From NCBI GenBank assembly GCA_045636605.1, contig JAZTXV010000014.1:44557-108556 (forward strand): a DNA stretch of 64,000 bases, read 5' to 3'. The position numbers and the translations under genes are program-made. This stretch comes from Eubacteriales bacterium (lineage in GTDB: Bacteria > Bacillota > Clostridia > Oscillospirales > CAG-272). Every line of letters begins with the position of its first letter. Within the stretch, counting starts at the first letter, position 1. Shown one piece after another: positions 1-9,022 of this stretch. Under the pieces are notes generated by a model. That model was not told the DNA's origin. It made no database searches and saw only the letters and a program-made list of their open reading frames with translations.

Positions 1-1253
1 TCAAAGAAATCAACCATTCCGTTGTAATCTGAGGCGATTTTAGCGATTATTTTAGTGCCGTAGCCGTGAGCGCGCGCGTTTTCCTTGCTCGATTCAAGCT
101 CGGGATTTTCCTCGAGCACAGAGCGCTCGGCGGTGTTTTTGCAAATGATTATTCGATTTGAGTTTTGACGCATAAACAACAGCTCAAGACGCTTTCCCGT
201 TGCTTTTTTGAGCCTTGCCAACGCCTCGATTGCATTGTCAAGAATATTACCGATAAGCGCCGTGAGGTCGATATCCCTTATGTCCGACAAATCTCCGATA
301 GAGCCCGATATGACAATTTCCGTGTCGCTCAATGCGCCAAGCTTTGAATTTATTATGTAGTCAAGAATAGTATTACCCGACGATATTAAGCCTCCGAGCC
401 TTGCCGTAGCGCCCGAGATTTGCCCGATATATTCCCTGCATTCCTCGATTTTCCCGTCCTCTAAATAGCCTAAAATTATCGAAAAATGCTGGTTTATATC
501 GTGACGTATGTGCTGAATGCTTGCCCATATTGCGCTCGCATCACTGTGGCGTGAATGCTCAAAGGCAATTTTCTGTCGCAAAATTTCCACCTCATATTTG
601 TTCCTTTGATATTTTTGCACTTGAAAAATAAGAAAGTACAAAATCACATTTGTCAGGGTAAAGGCGATAGCTATAATGAGAGTCTGTGCTTGAATTTCCT
701 TGTCCCTCGCCACAGATGCCAGGTCCATAGTAGATGCAAGCCCCAAAACAGTAATGCACGAAAATAGGAACGCAATAGCGCCGTGCTTTATTTCCGTCAC
801 GTTTTGCGATACAGAGAACCAAAGCACGAGCCTCAAAATGACAAACAAAAGAATTTTGTGAGAAAAAATGTAAGCATATCTGAATATATGATTGGAACCC
901 TGCACCAAGGCATCGTAATCCTTAATAATGAACGTGATTACCAAATACAAAACGGAGCTTAACAGAACGAAGGTAATCTCAAAAATACACCCGGAAATGA
1001 TTGCTCTTACGTATTTTCCATGACATATCAGACACGCATAGCCAATATACAGGGAAAGAAAAATAAGCGTTCCGAGCAGGTTGAAGCCCGATAAAAATAT
1101 ATCGTTTATAATCGAAAACACGAATATGACGGCGACAGAGGGGATAAGCATACGGTTTTTTACGGGTGAAAGCGATACTCCGTTAAAGTGCGATATAAAA
1201 TACACACATAGCATCGCATCGAAAAGTGATGCTGAAAATTCAAGAAAAATCAT
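1..1253 (-). CDS. AgrC-like GHKL sensor histidine kinase (runs off the left edge; absent from ORF track)
   Basis: Manual translation from ATG at 1253 (ATGA overlap with the regulator stop): MIFLEFSASLFDAMLC..., multi-TM N-terminus, H-box IRHDINQH, N-box IGNILDNAIEA, G-box HGYGTKII. Confidence 0.9.
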   Translation of the reverse strand, partial: MIFLEFSASLFDAMLCVYFISHFNGVSLSPVKNRMLIPSVAVIFVFSIINDIFLSGFNLLGTLIFLSLYIGYACLICHGKYVRAIISGCIFEITFVLLSSVLYLVITFIIKDYDALVQGSNHIFRYAYIFSHKILLFVILRLVLWFSVSQNVTEIKHGAIAFLFSCITVLGLASTMDLASVARDKEIQAQTLIIAIAFTLTNVILYFLIFQVQKYQRNKYEVEILRQKIAFEHSRHSDASAIWASIQHIRHDINQHFSIILGYLEDGKIEECREYIGQISGATARLGGLISSGNTILDYIINSKLGALSDTEIVISGSIGDLSDIRDIDLTALIGNILDNAIEALARLKKATGKRLELLFMRQNSNRIIICKNTAERSVLEENPELESSKENARAHGYGTKIIAKIASDYNGMVDFF

Positions 1254-1984
1254 TTGGACACCCTCCTTCTTGTAAATTGCATATAAGCGCTCTTGAAAGG
1301 GGAGGCGCGCTTTTTGCTTATGCTCAGCAGTCTTTCGTTTTTCATAACGAGATAGCCACGGGAGCTTATGCTCTCAATATGCTCAAGATTTACTATGTAA
1401 GCGGAGTGTATTCTAAAGAAATCATATTTTTCAAGCGTTGCCTCGAGCGATTTCATAGTGCCTCTGCATCTGTAAGCCTTTCCGCTTATGGTGTGTATAG
1501 TATAATAATTTCGCTCCCCCTCGAAAAACATGATATCTCGCACTCTTAAAATAACCTCTGCCTCGGTTGACTCAAACAAAAGCGTTTCCGTATCGAGAAC
1601 GCATTTTTTGATAACTCTTTCAAGCGTAGAGGGAAGCTCCTTGTCAAGATGCGCCTTCCTTAAAAATTGGAACGGGCAAAACTCAAATGAGCTGTAAACG
1701 AACTCCTCATACGAGGAAACGAAGATAATAACCGTATCCGGATATACACTACAAAGTGTTTTTGCAAGCTCAAAGCCGCTTGTGCGAGGCATATCAATAT
1801 CCAAAAAGAGAATGTCGATGGTGCTTTCTTCAAGATATGACAGCACCTCGTCGGCGCTGAAAAAGGTGGGCGCAATACGCAAATCCACCCTCTCGGGCAC
1901 GTTATAGGCGCATAAATGCTGCAGATGCTGTCTTAAAAGACAGGCGAATTGAGCGTTATCGTCACAAATCGCAATAGTAATCAT
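1250..1984 (-). CDS. LytTR-family response regulator (AgrA-like)
   Basis: Receiver IAICDD...FLDIDMP and LytTR motif FFRIHSAYIVN; coupled to the kinase. Confidence 0.93.
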   Translation of the reverse strand: MITIAICDDNAQFACLLRQHLQHLCAYNVPERVDLRIAPTFFSADEVLSYLEESTIDILFLDIDMPRTSGFELAKTLCSVYPDTVIIFVSSYEEFVYSSFEFCPFQFLRKAHLDKELPSTLERVIKKCVLDTETLLFESTEAEVILRVRDIMFFEGERNYYTIHTISGKAYRCRGTMKSLEATLEKYDFFRIHSAYIVNLEHIESISSRGYLVMKNERLLSISKKRASPFKSAYMQFTRRRVSK

Positions 1985-2130
1985 AAAAATTCCCCCGTGT
2001 ATGTCTGACAGATGTCTGTCAAGGTTGTATATATTTTAACACATATGCGCCTACTAAAGCAATATCGGATATAAAAAGTATTATTTTTGGGATAATGTTA
2101 CCGAATTTTGTGAAAAAATGCGCGCTCGGA

Positions 2131-2197
2131 CATTTTATCCCATAACTGTCATATCTTATCCCTTGTTTTTGAATTGTACGAGCAAATGTGTTAAAAT
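2131..2197 (+). promoter_or_regulatory. Candidate LytTR binding direct repeats plus extended -10
   Basis: TTATCCC at 2135-2141 and 2156-2162 (21-bp period); TGtTAAAAT at 2189-2197. Confidence 0.55.
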
Positions 2198-2259
2198 ATC
2201 ATTGTGATTTGGTAAAAATGCATAAAAAATCGGGGGGGGGGATTTGTTTATTGTGCATA

Positions 2260-2288
2260 TTGACAACAAATAACTTCTGTGCTATAAT
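2260..2288 (+). promoter_or_regulatory. SigA promoter upstream of the ABC pair
   Basis: TTGACA(2260-2265)-17 bp-TATAAT(2283-2288) with TG extension. Confidence 0.75.
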
Positions 2289-2394
2289 AAAATCTGCAAG
2301 GCAAAAATCACCTAAAATTTCCACTGTGCCTGTTGCGGATTTAATAAAAATATGATAAAATAAATGTAATCTATTTAAGATTGGAGAGACAGAA

Positions 2395-4239
2395 TTGAAA
2401 AAGAAAAAAGAAAAAAAGAACAAAGAAAAGCGCCTCTCCTTCAAGGTGGTATTCAAGGACAGCGCCTACGCCATAAAAATGGTAGTCGGCGCATCCCCCA
2501 TACTGTTTTTTATGAGAATTATAGAGCAGGTAATAGGCTCTGTTGCAGGATTTATCTCAGGCACCTATGTGCTCAAATACATAATCAACTCATTCGAGAC
2601 AGGAAAGACCTTCGAGGCGGTAGCGCTCAGCGCGCTCATAATGCTCGGAATACCGAGCATCCTTCAATTCGTAATACAGCCCATTTCGTCGATTGTTAAT
2701 AATATTGCTTACATAAAAATCGAGAAAAAGATTTTAACCAAGCTTTATGACAAATGCACGGATGTCGAGCTTGCTTGCTTTGAAAATCCCGAATTTTTCG
2801 ATAAATATGTAAAGGCATCGTCTGAGGTTGTGTGGAGAATGTGGAACATCACATGGACTGTCGCAAACCTGTTGGGAGTTATTTTGAGTATGCTTTTGTA
2901 CGGCTCGCTTCTGTTCACAATGGATTTCGCCTTCATAATCTTTGCTATCTTGCCCCTTTTTGGCACATTCCTCAAAAGGAGATGGAACGAGCTTTGGCAT
3001 AAGCATTCAACCGAGGATAAGGAGCATTACAGAAGGGCGCAGTATGCGCAAAGAATTTTCTATTCAAGCGACTATGCCAAGGAAATGCGTCTGACAAACG
3101 CAAGAGCCCTGCTTCTCGAAAGATATGACAGGGCATCCGACGGACGTGTCGAGGTCGTGCGTAAGTACGGCCTTAAGGAAATGTTCCTTGAAATAGCTCA
3201 ACACGGATTTCAAACCATAATAACAAATCCGCTTGCTATCGCCTATGCAATTTACCGTACCGTTGTCAGCGCAACGCTCGGCATCGGAGATTGTGCGGTT
3301 GTTATCAATTCCGTTTCAAGCCTCACAAGCACCTTTAGTCAAATAACGGACAGATACTATAAATGTCACGAGCATGCACTATTCTTTGAGGATTTCAGAG
3401 CCTTTATGGAATATAAGCCCTCAATGCAAAGCCCGCCCGATGCCGAGGAGCCGAGAATTGGCACGATAAGGCTTGAAAACGTGTCCTTTAAGTATGAGGG
3501 AAGCGACAATTATGTGCTTAAAAATGTAACGCTTGAAATCGGCAAAAGTGAGAAAATTGCTCTCGTAGGACACAACGGCGCAGGCAAGAGCACTCTGATA
3601 AAGCTTCTGTTGCGCCTTTATGATCCAACAGAGGGAAGAATAACCCTTGACGGCACGGACATACGTGACATAAAAATAGACGAATACCGTTCGATGTTCA
3701 GCGCCGTATTTCAGGATTTCAAAATTATGGCGCTCAGTGTGGCTGAAAACGTGCTTATGCGACCACGTGAGCCGGGCGATGAGGAGAAAATAATCGACGC
3801 TCTTAAAAAGGCGGGAGTATATGAAAGGGTAATGGAGCTTCCGAACGGAATTGACACCCCTCTCACCAAGGAATTTGACGAGGACGGCGCAGTTTTATCC
3901 GTCGGTCAAAGCCAAAAAATCGCAATCGCTCACGCATTCTTAGCCGATACCCCGTACATCATTCTCGATGAGCCGTCAAGTGCGCTTGATCCTGTGGCAG
4001 AAAGCGAGATGTATGCCAACATGATGGCGGCGGGTGCAGGCAAGGCTATGATATTCATCTCTCACCGTCTGTCAAGCGCAACGGGGGCGGACAGAATATA
4101 TATGCTTGAGCACGGCGAGGTAATCGAAAGCGGCACACACACCGCGCTTATGGAGCTTGACGGAAAATATGCAGATATGTTCAAAAAGCAGGCGCAAAAC
4201 TACATCGACATAGAAAACGGTGATGGAGGTGATGCGTAA
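2395..4239 (+). CDS. ABC exporter, fused permease/ATPase subunit 1
   Basis: N-terminal TM helices; Walker A GHNGAGKS, signature LSVGQ, Walker B IILDEP, H-loop ISH. Confidence 0.92.
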   Translation: MKKKKEKKNKEKRLSFKVVFKDSAYAIKMVVGASPILFFMRIIEQVIGSVAGFISGTYVLKYIINSFETGKTFEAVALSALIMLGIPSILQFVIQPISSIVNNIAYIKIEKKILTKLYDKCTDVELACFENPEFFDKYVKASSEVVWRMWNITWTVANLLGVILSMLLYGSLLFTMDFAFIIFAILPLFGTFLKRRWNELWHKHSTEDKEHYRRAQYAQRIFYSSDYAKEMRLTNARALLLERYDRASDGRVEVVRKYGLKEMFLEIAQHGFQTIITNPLAIAYAIYRTVVSATLGIGDCAVVINSVSSLTSTFSQITDRYYKCHEHALFFEDFRAFMEYKPSMQSPPDAEEPRIGTIRLENVSFKYEGSDNYVLKNVTLEIGKSEKIALVGHNGAGKSTLIKLLLRLYDPTEGRITLDGTDIRDIKIDEYRSMFSAVFQDFKIMALSVAENVLMRPREPGDEEKIIDALKKAGVYERVMELPNGIDTPLTKEFDEDGAVLSVGQSQKIAIAHAFLADTPYIILDEPSSALDPVAESEMYANMMAAGAGKAMIFISHRLSSATGADRIYMLEHGEVIESGTHTALMELDGKYADMFKKQAQNYIDIENGDGGDA

Positions 4240-6029
4240 TGGCAGATAAAAAAGAAAAGGTAAAGCTTTCTCGGGCTATAAAAAATAATACCTTTATTAT
4301 TAAAACGGTATTTAAAAGCGCTCCCGGTCTTTGCATTATGCGAATGATTATGGGCATTGTCACGGGCTTAAATCACGGTGTTACCATATACCTAATAAGC
4401 GAAATTCTTAATGCCCTCGACAGAGGCGACAGCTTCGAGAGAATACTTTGGACAATAGTGACAATGGCGGCATATATGCTCGCATATCAGCTGTTCTATT
4501 CGTGGCATTGGAAGATATATAACCCCAAACGCAAGCTTAATTTCATAAGAGAGCTGCACAAGCGCTTCTTCGTCAAGGCGGCGGAGATTGACCTTGCGTG
4601 CTACGATACCCCCGAGTTCTATAACGATTTCATTTACTCAATGCAGAACTGCGACAAGAGTATAATGAATACCCTCGATATGTTCTCGGATATTTTACGA
4701 TGTTTGTTTGCCTCGATTTCCGTCTTTGGAGTGGTGGCAACGGTTGACCCTGTGATTGCATTTGTGATTTTGGGCTTCTCGGTCGTGGCGATGGTAATCA
4801 ACATTCTTGAAAACTCAATTTGGTACAAGTACGAGATAGTATTTAATGCGATTTGGCGCAAGGATTGGTATTTTCAACGCTTTTTCTCGCTTGCCGAGTT
4901 TGCAAAGGAAATCCGTCTTACAAGAGTTGCCGAGAATATGAAAAACGAGTTCGAGCGCAACAAGACGGAGGACAGAAGACTGACAATAAAGCAGCAAAAG
5001 GAGCTTTTAGGGCTTCAAGCGCTCTATTCCTTCCTTCACATCGCCGAGGACATTTTTATAATTCTGTTTATGGCGTATCACCTGATGGTCACAAAAAATG
5101 TGCTTGTCGGAGGCTTTGCAATAGCGCTTACCGCATCGTACAAGATAAGAGGTATGTTTAGCGAAATTCAATGGCGACTTGCCGAAATGAACAAAAACTC
5201 CCTCTTTGCCGATAAGGTTCGACGCTTTTTGCAAACCAAGAGCAAAATTATCTCGGGCGAAAGAGAGCTTGACGCCTTTGAGAGCATTGAATTTAGGAAT
5301 GTAGGCTTTGCATATGGAGATACCAAGGTGCTCGACGGCGTTAGCTTCAAGGTTGAAGCAGGACAGAGAATTGCATTTGTCGGCTACAACGGTGCGGGAA
5401 AAACAACTGTAACAAAGCTTATTATGCGTCTTTACGATGTGAGCGAGGGCGAGATTTTGATAAACGGAATAAACATCAAGGAATATCGCCTTGATATGCT
5501 CCGCCAAAAAATCGGCGCAGTGTTCCAGGACTATAAGGTTTTTGCCGCAACGGTTGCCGAAAACGTCTTGGCGGACATCTATACACCCGATATGGAGGGC
5601 ACAGTGCTCAGAGCGCTGGAGGACAGCACCTTTGGCGACAAGCTCGGAGAACTGCCAAACGGTATATTCACAGAGCTCACCCGTGAATTTTCAAACGAGG
5701 GCACGGAGCTTAGCGGAGGCGAGAGCCAAAAAATTGCGATTGCCCGTGTGTTTGCGCACAATAACGAGCTTGTTATAATGGATGAGCCGTCAAGTGCGCT
5801 TGATCCAATAGCGGAGTACAACCTCAACGTCGGCATTGACAAAAACGCAAGGGGCAAAACCGTCATATTTATTACTCACCGTCTTTCAACCACAAGACAC
5901 GTGGACAGAATTTATATGTTTGAAAACGGCAAAATTATCGAAAGCGGCTCGCACGATGAGCTTATAGCGTCGGGCGGCAAATATTCGCAGATGTTCAATC
6001 TTCAGGCAGAAAAATATAAGCTCATATAA
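4239..6029 (+). CDS. ABC exporter, fused permease/ATPase subunit 2
   Basis: Walker A GYNGAGKT, LSGGE, VIMDEP; stop/start overlap with subunit 1 suggests a heterodimer. Confidence 0.92.
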   Translation: MADKKEKVKLSRAIKNNTFIIKTVFKSAPGLCIMRMIMGIVTGLNHGVTIYLISEILNALDRGDSFERILWTIVTMAAYMLAYQLFYSWHWKIYNPKRKLNFIRELHKRFFVKAAEIDLACYDTPEFYNDFIYSMQNCDKSIMNTLDMFSDILRCLFASISVFGVVATVDPVIAFVILGFSVVAMVINILENSIWYKYEIVFNAIWRKDWYFQRFFSLAEFAKEIRLTRVAENMKNEFERNKTEDRRLTIKQQKELLGLQALYSFLHIAEDIFIILFMAYHLMVTKNVLVGGFAIALTASYKIRGMFSEIQWRLAEMNKNSLFADKVRRFLQTKSKIISGERELDAFESIEFRNVGFAYGDTKVLDGVSFKVEAGQRIAFVGYNGAGKTTVTKLIMRLYDVSEGEILINGINIKEYRLDMLRQKIGAVFQDYKVFAATVAENVLADIYTPDMEGTVLRALEDSTFGDKLGELPNGIFTELTREFSNEGTELSGGESQKIAIARVFAHNNELVIMDEPSSALDPIAEYNLNVGIDKNARGKTVIFITHRLSTTRHVDRIYMFENGKIIESGSHDELIASGGKYSQMFNLQAEKYKLI

Positions 6030-6149
6030 TGCTTAAAATCCTATAATTTAGAACATTCCAATTAGCGCTAAATTAAAGCGGGGTGAGCGAAAACGCCCCG
6101 CAAGCATTAACGGGCTTGTGCGATACTGCCAAGACTGCACGAAAAACAA

Positions 6150-6178
6150 AAAATCACCGATTTCAAATCGGTGATTTT
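6150..6178. terminator. Bidirectional intrinsic terminator
   Basis: aaaatcaccgatt-tca-aatcggtgatttt between convergent genes. Confidence 0.8.
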
Positions 6179-6187
6179 CATTTTGTC

Positions 6188-7201
6188 TTATTGATTTTCT
6201 CCGTCGCTCTGGGTGGCAGGGGCAGGATTTTCTTCTCTGGTAACGTGTACCCTGTTGAACTTGCTTGAGTGAGCGCTTGTGCTTGAGTTATCAATTACTG
6301 TATGCATAGTTGACAGAAGCGCAAGCATCTTTGAAAGAGCATACACTCCGATAGCCATAATGAGCAGAAGCTCGGGCTGTGAGTAAGCGGCATATTCTGA
6401 AATTTTTCCGGTGATTTTCGCAAAGGAGATTCCGAGCGGGAAGCTGAGTGTGAGCGCCGCACAGGCGAAAGCAGATATAATATATGCTCTGTGTGATGGC
6501 TTTACAAATTCGAACTCGCCCTCGAAAACGAAGAATGCCGCAATAGCGATGTAGGCGATTGAAACGGTAATCTTTGAAATGTCGGCAAAGTTAAGACCGC
6601 TGAAATATACAGTCATAACTCCGAACAAGCTCCATGCGATAGCGCATACAGAGGAACCGATTTTTGCCCATCTCGAAATGTTGATGGTTGATTTGTGGAT
6701 TTTCTTTGGCAATGCCTGAAAAATGAAATAAATGCAAACGGGAATTGTAAGAATCCACTTTGATGCTCTGAAGAAGAAATAGATTTGAAGGTCTGCCTTC
6801 GTTATGGTGATTATGCACTCATAGATGAAGAATATAAACATCATAATAGCGCAAAGCACCGACGCAAATTGTAAGAACTTGTATTGTCTTTTGATGCGTG
6901 TGATGCCAAGAGTCTGCGTCTTGACCGCTGTGTAAATCGCAAGACCGATAACAGAAGCGATAGTGATAAGAAACAAAATTGTTATAATGTGCGGGAATCT
7001 CAATTTAAGCGGACTACTGTATGTGCACAAATACGAAAATGAAATTGCGCTCATTATCGCAGTAACAAACAGATTTGCAAATATTACAATGAACATTCCC
7101 TTTAGGAAGCGATGGGTTTTTCTCATGCCGATTTCCTTCTCTCGTATATATAATTTTATATAATCTTTTAGTATTCTATCATATATAAAGGACAAAATCA
7201 A
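6188..7201 (-). CDS. Hypothetical multi-pass membrane protein (true start may be the internal MRKTHR Met)
   Basis: 337-aa ORF with many hydrophobic segments; no family recognised. Confidence 0.75.
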   Translation of the reverse strand: MILSFIYDRILKDYIKLYIREKEIGMRKTHRFLKGMFIVIFANLFVTAIMSAISFSYLCTYSSPLKLRFPHIITILFLITIASVIGLAIYTAVKTQTLGITRIKRQYKFLQFASVLCAIMMFIFFIYECIITITKADLQIYFFFRASKWILTIPVCIYFIFQALPKKIHKSTINISRWAKIGSSVCAIAWSLFGVMTVYFSGLNFADISKITVSIAYIAIAAFFVFEGEFEFVKPSHRAYIISAFACAALTLSFPLGISFAKITGKISEYAAYSQPELLLIMAIGVYALSKMLALLSTMHTVIDNSSTSAHSSKFNRVHVTREENPAPATQSDGENQ

Positions 7202-7243
7202 GACATAATTTGCAAAATAAAGAGAAAAGTGAAAAAAACATAC

Positions 7244-7630
7244 TCAGCGCCTCGAAAATTTCTTTTTCATAAAGCGCTCATATACCTTTCTTACGCTCTC
7301 GGCGGTATTTTTGCCGCCTATGTGCAACGCAATCTGCTCCCATTCAAGACCGTTTACACATTTGAGAGAGATAATAAGACGAATAAGCGGATCGTCAATC
7401 GAGGAGATAAAATCCAGAATTTCCCGATAAAGCGCCATACACTCGTCAAGATGCTCCTTGATTTGTTGCTCGAGAGCCTCAATTTCGTCGCAATGATCGC
7501 TTATGCGGACGGGCCCTGTGCGAAAAACGCACACATGGTCGCCCGTTTTCTTAAGAGAATGTAAAACGCCCCTTTTGTACTCTATCTCTTTGTTGAGGGA
7601 GCGAAGACGCTCTAAATCCTTTAAGGTCAT
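7244..7630 (-). CDS. Phage-type RinA/ArpU/DUF1492-like regulator with sigma region-4-like HTH
   Basis: Coiled-coil N-terminus then IDDPLIRLIISLKCVNGLEWEQIA..IGG.NTAESVRK, typical of Firmicute phage late regulators; ATGA overlap with upstream gene. Confidence 0.7.
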   Translation of the reverse strand: MTLKDLERLRSLNKEIEYKRGVLHSLKKTGDHVCVFRTGPVRISDHCDEIEALEQQIKEHLDECMALYREILDFISSIDDPLIRLIISLKCVNGLEWEQIALHIGGKNTAESVRKVYERFMKKKFSRR

Positions 7631-7887
7631 ATAATCCTCTCAATTTCGCAAATGCCGTATTTTTCGATAAGCTCAAACACACTGTCAACATCTAAATACG
7701 CACACAGGTCGCTCAAATCGAAGTCGTTTACACAATCACGGCATAGCACACTCCCTGACGGGAAGGTCACAATTTCCTCACCGGGATTGAGCCGATTCTC
7801 GCACCAAAGACAGTATGTTGATGAGCCCTCGGAGCTTTCCGGACACGAGGACAAGTGACCGAACAATGAATTACAAATATCGCACAT
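7627..7887 (-). CDS. Small Cys-rich (Zn-finger-like) phage-type protein, 86 aa
   Basis: RBS GGAGGT precedes ATG at 7887; motifs CDIC..H...CP, CLWC, CRDC. Confidence 0.7.
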   Translation of the reverse strand: MCDICNSLFGHLSSCPESSEGSSTYCLWCENRLNPGEEIVTFPSGSVLCRDCVNDFDLSDLCAYLDVDSVFELIEKYGICEIERII

Positions 7888-8158
7888 ATAAATACCTCCA
7901 TAGTTAAATTTGCCAAGATATGCCACCCTGTGTGCGATTTTGTCGCAAAACATAAGTGAAATCCTGGGATTTTTCCAAAAACCTTTGATTTGGGCGCATA
8001 GCCCTAAATTGAATAATTGCTAAATGCGCTTGGACGCGGGCGACACATCGAAGGAGAAAACGGCAAAAGCACTATGCCGTTACGTTGTGTCGTAGCTCTT
8101 TACGGGGCTTTTACCGATACGGTGCGGAATATTGTATCGGTTAAGAGGTAAGCAAAAA

Positions 8159-8285
8159 GCAAATTAAAATTGCTTACGCTGACATTATAGCAAATAAAAT
8201 TTGCATTGTCAAACCTCTGATGTGAAAAATGTGCGACATTATTTGCCAAAAAGATATTGACACGGCAAAAATTTTTTGCTATACT
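8159..8285. promoter_or_regulatory. Divergent SigA promoters with three palindromic operators GCAAA-N5-(T/A)TTGC
   Basis: Operators at 8159-8173, 8190-8204, 8265-8279; leftward TTGACA(8212-8207)-17-TATAAT(8189-8184); rightward TTGACA(8257-8262)-17-TATACT(8280-8285). Confidence 0.8.
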
Positions 8286-8349
8286 TAGCTTAAAGAGAAT
8301 AAAATTGATATTCTATTGATATTACCGAATTTATTCTAAGGGGGTAAAT

Positions 8350-8943
8350 ATGCTAAAGCAAAGACTGATATCCGCACGCAAGGGCGCAGGTATGACACAA
8401 CAGGACGTGGCTCAATTCCTCGGAATTCGCCGTCAAACCTATTCCGCATATGAAAGGGGAGTAAGCACACCCGATGCAAATACAATCGCACAGCTCGCAT
8501 CACTTTTTGGAGTAAGCGCAGGAGAGCTCGTTACAGGTGAGACGCCTGCTAACGCTATTCGTGTTCCTGTGTGCGGCAACGTTGCGGCAGGTATTCCCAT
8601 AGATGCAATCGAGGATGTTGAGGAGTATGTCGAGGTTGATGCCTCTCTTGCAAGGGGAGCAACGCTTATAGGACTTAAGGTTAAGGGCAGAAGCATGGAG
8701 CCTCGATTTGCAAACGGCGATACCGTAATCGTTCGATGCCAAAGCACCGTTGATAACGGAGATATTGCTATAGTGCTTGTCGGCGACGAGGCAACAATGA
8801 AAAAGGTTGTAAGATATACCGAGGGCATACGTCTTATGCCAACCAATCCCGCATATGAGCCTACATATTTTTCAAACGAGGAAATAAGAAGCCTGCCCGT
8901 TACAATACTCGGAAAGGTCGTAGAATTGAGGGCTAAAATTTAA
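8350..8943 (+). CDS. CI/LexA-like repressor (XRE HTH + S24 autopeptidase)
   Basis: XRE HTH MTQQDVA...TYSAYERG; cleavage site VAAG; catalytic Ser (GRSMEP) and Lys (ATMKK). Confidence 0.9.
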   Translation: MLKQRLISARKGAGMTQQDVAQFLGIRRQTYSAYERGVSTPDANTIAQLASLFGVSAGELVTGETPANAIRVPVCGNVAAGIPIDAIEDVEEYVEVDASLARGATLIGLKVKGRSMEPRFANGDTVIVRCQSTVDNGDIAIVLVGDEATMKKVVRYTEGIRLMPTNPAYEPTYFSNEEIRSLPVTILGKVVELRAKI

Positions 8944-9022
8944 TATAGCTATTGATTAAATCGTCTTATTGTTGTATAATTGAATGGTAAATTAAAATAC
9001 AAGTCAAAAAGGAGATATAAAG

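Noticed and set aside
2218..2355. 45-codon ORF across the poly-G tract as a signalling peptide
   Set aside because: No credible RBS, overlaps the consensus promoter, and does not resemble AgrD or double-glycine leaders
8350..8943. Canonical lexA
   Set aside because: N-terminal domain is an XRE HTH rather than LexA winged helix, and I saw no GAAC-N4-GTTC box upstream
7244..8943. Intact prophage or ICE
   Set aside because: No integrase, att repeats, replication, packaging or conjugation genes in the vicinity
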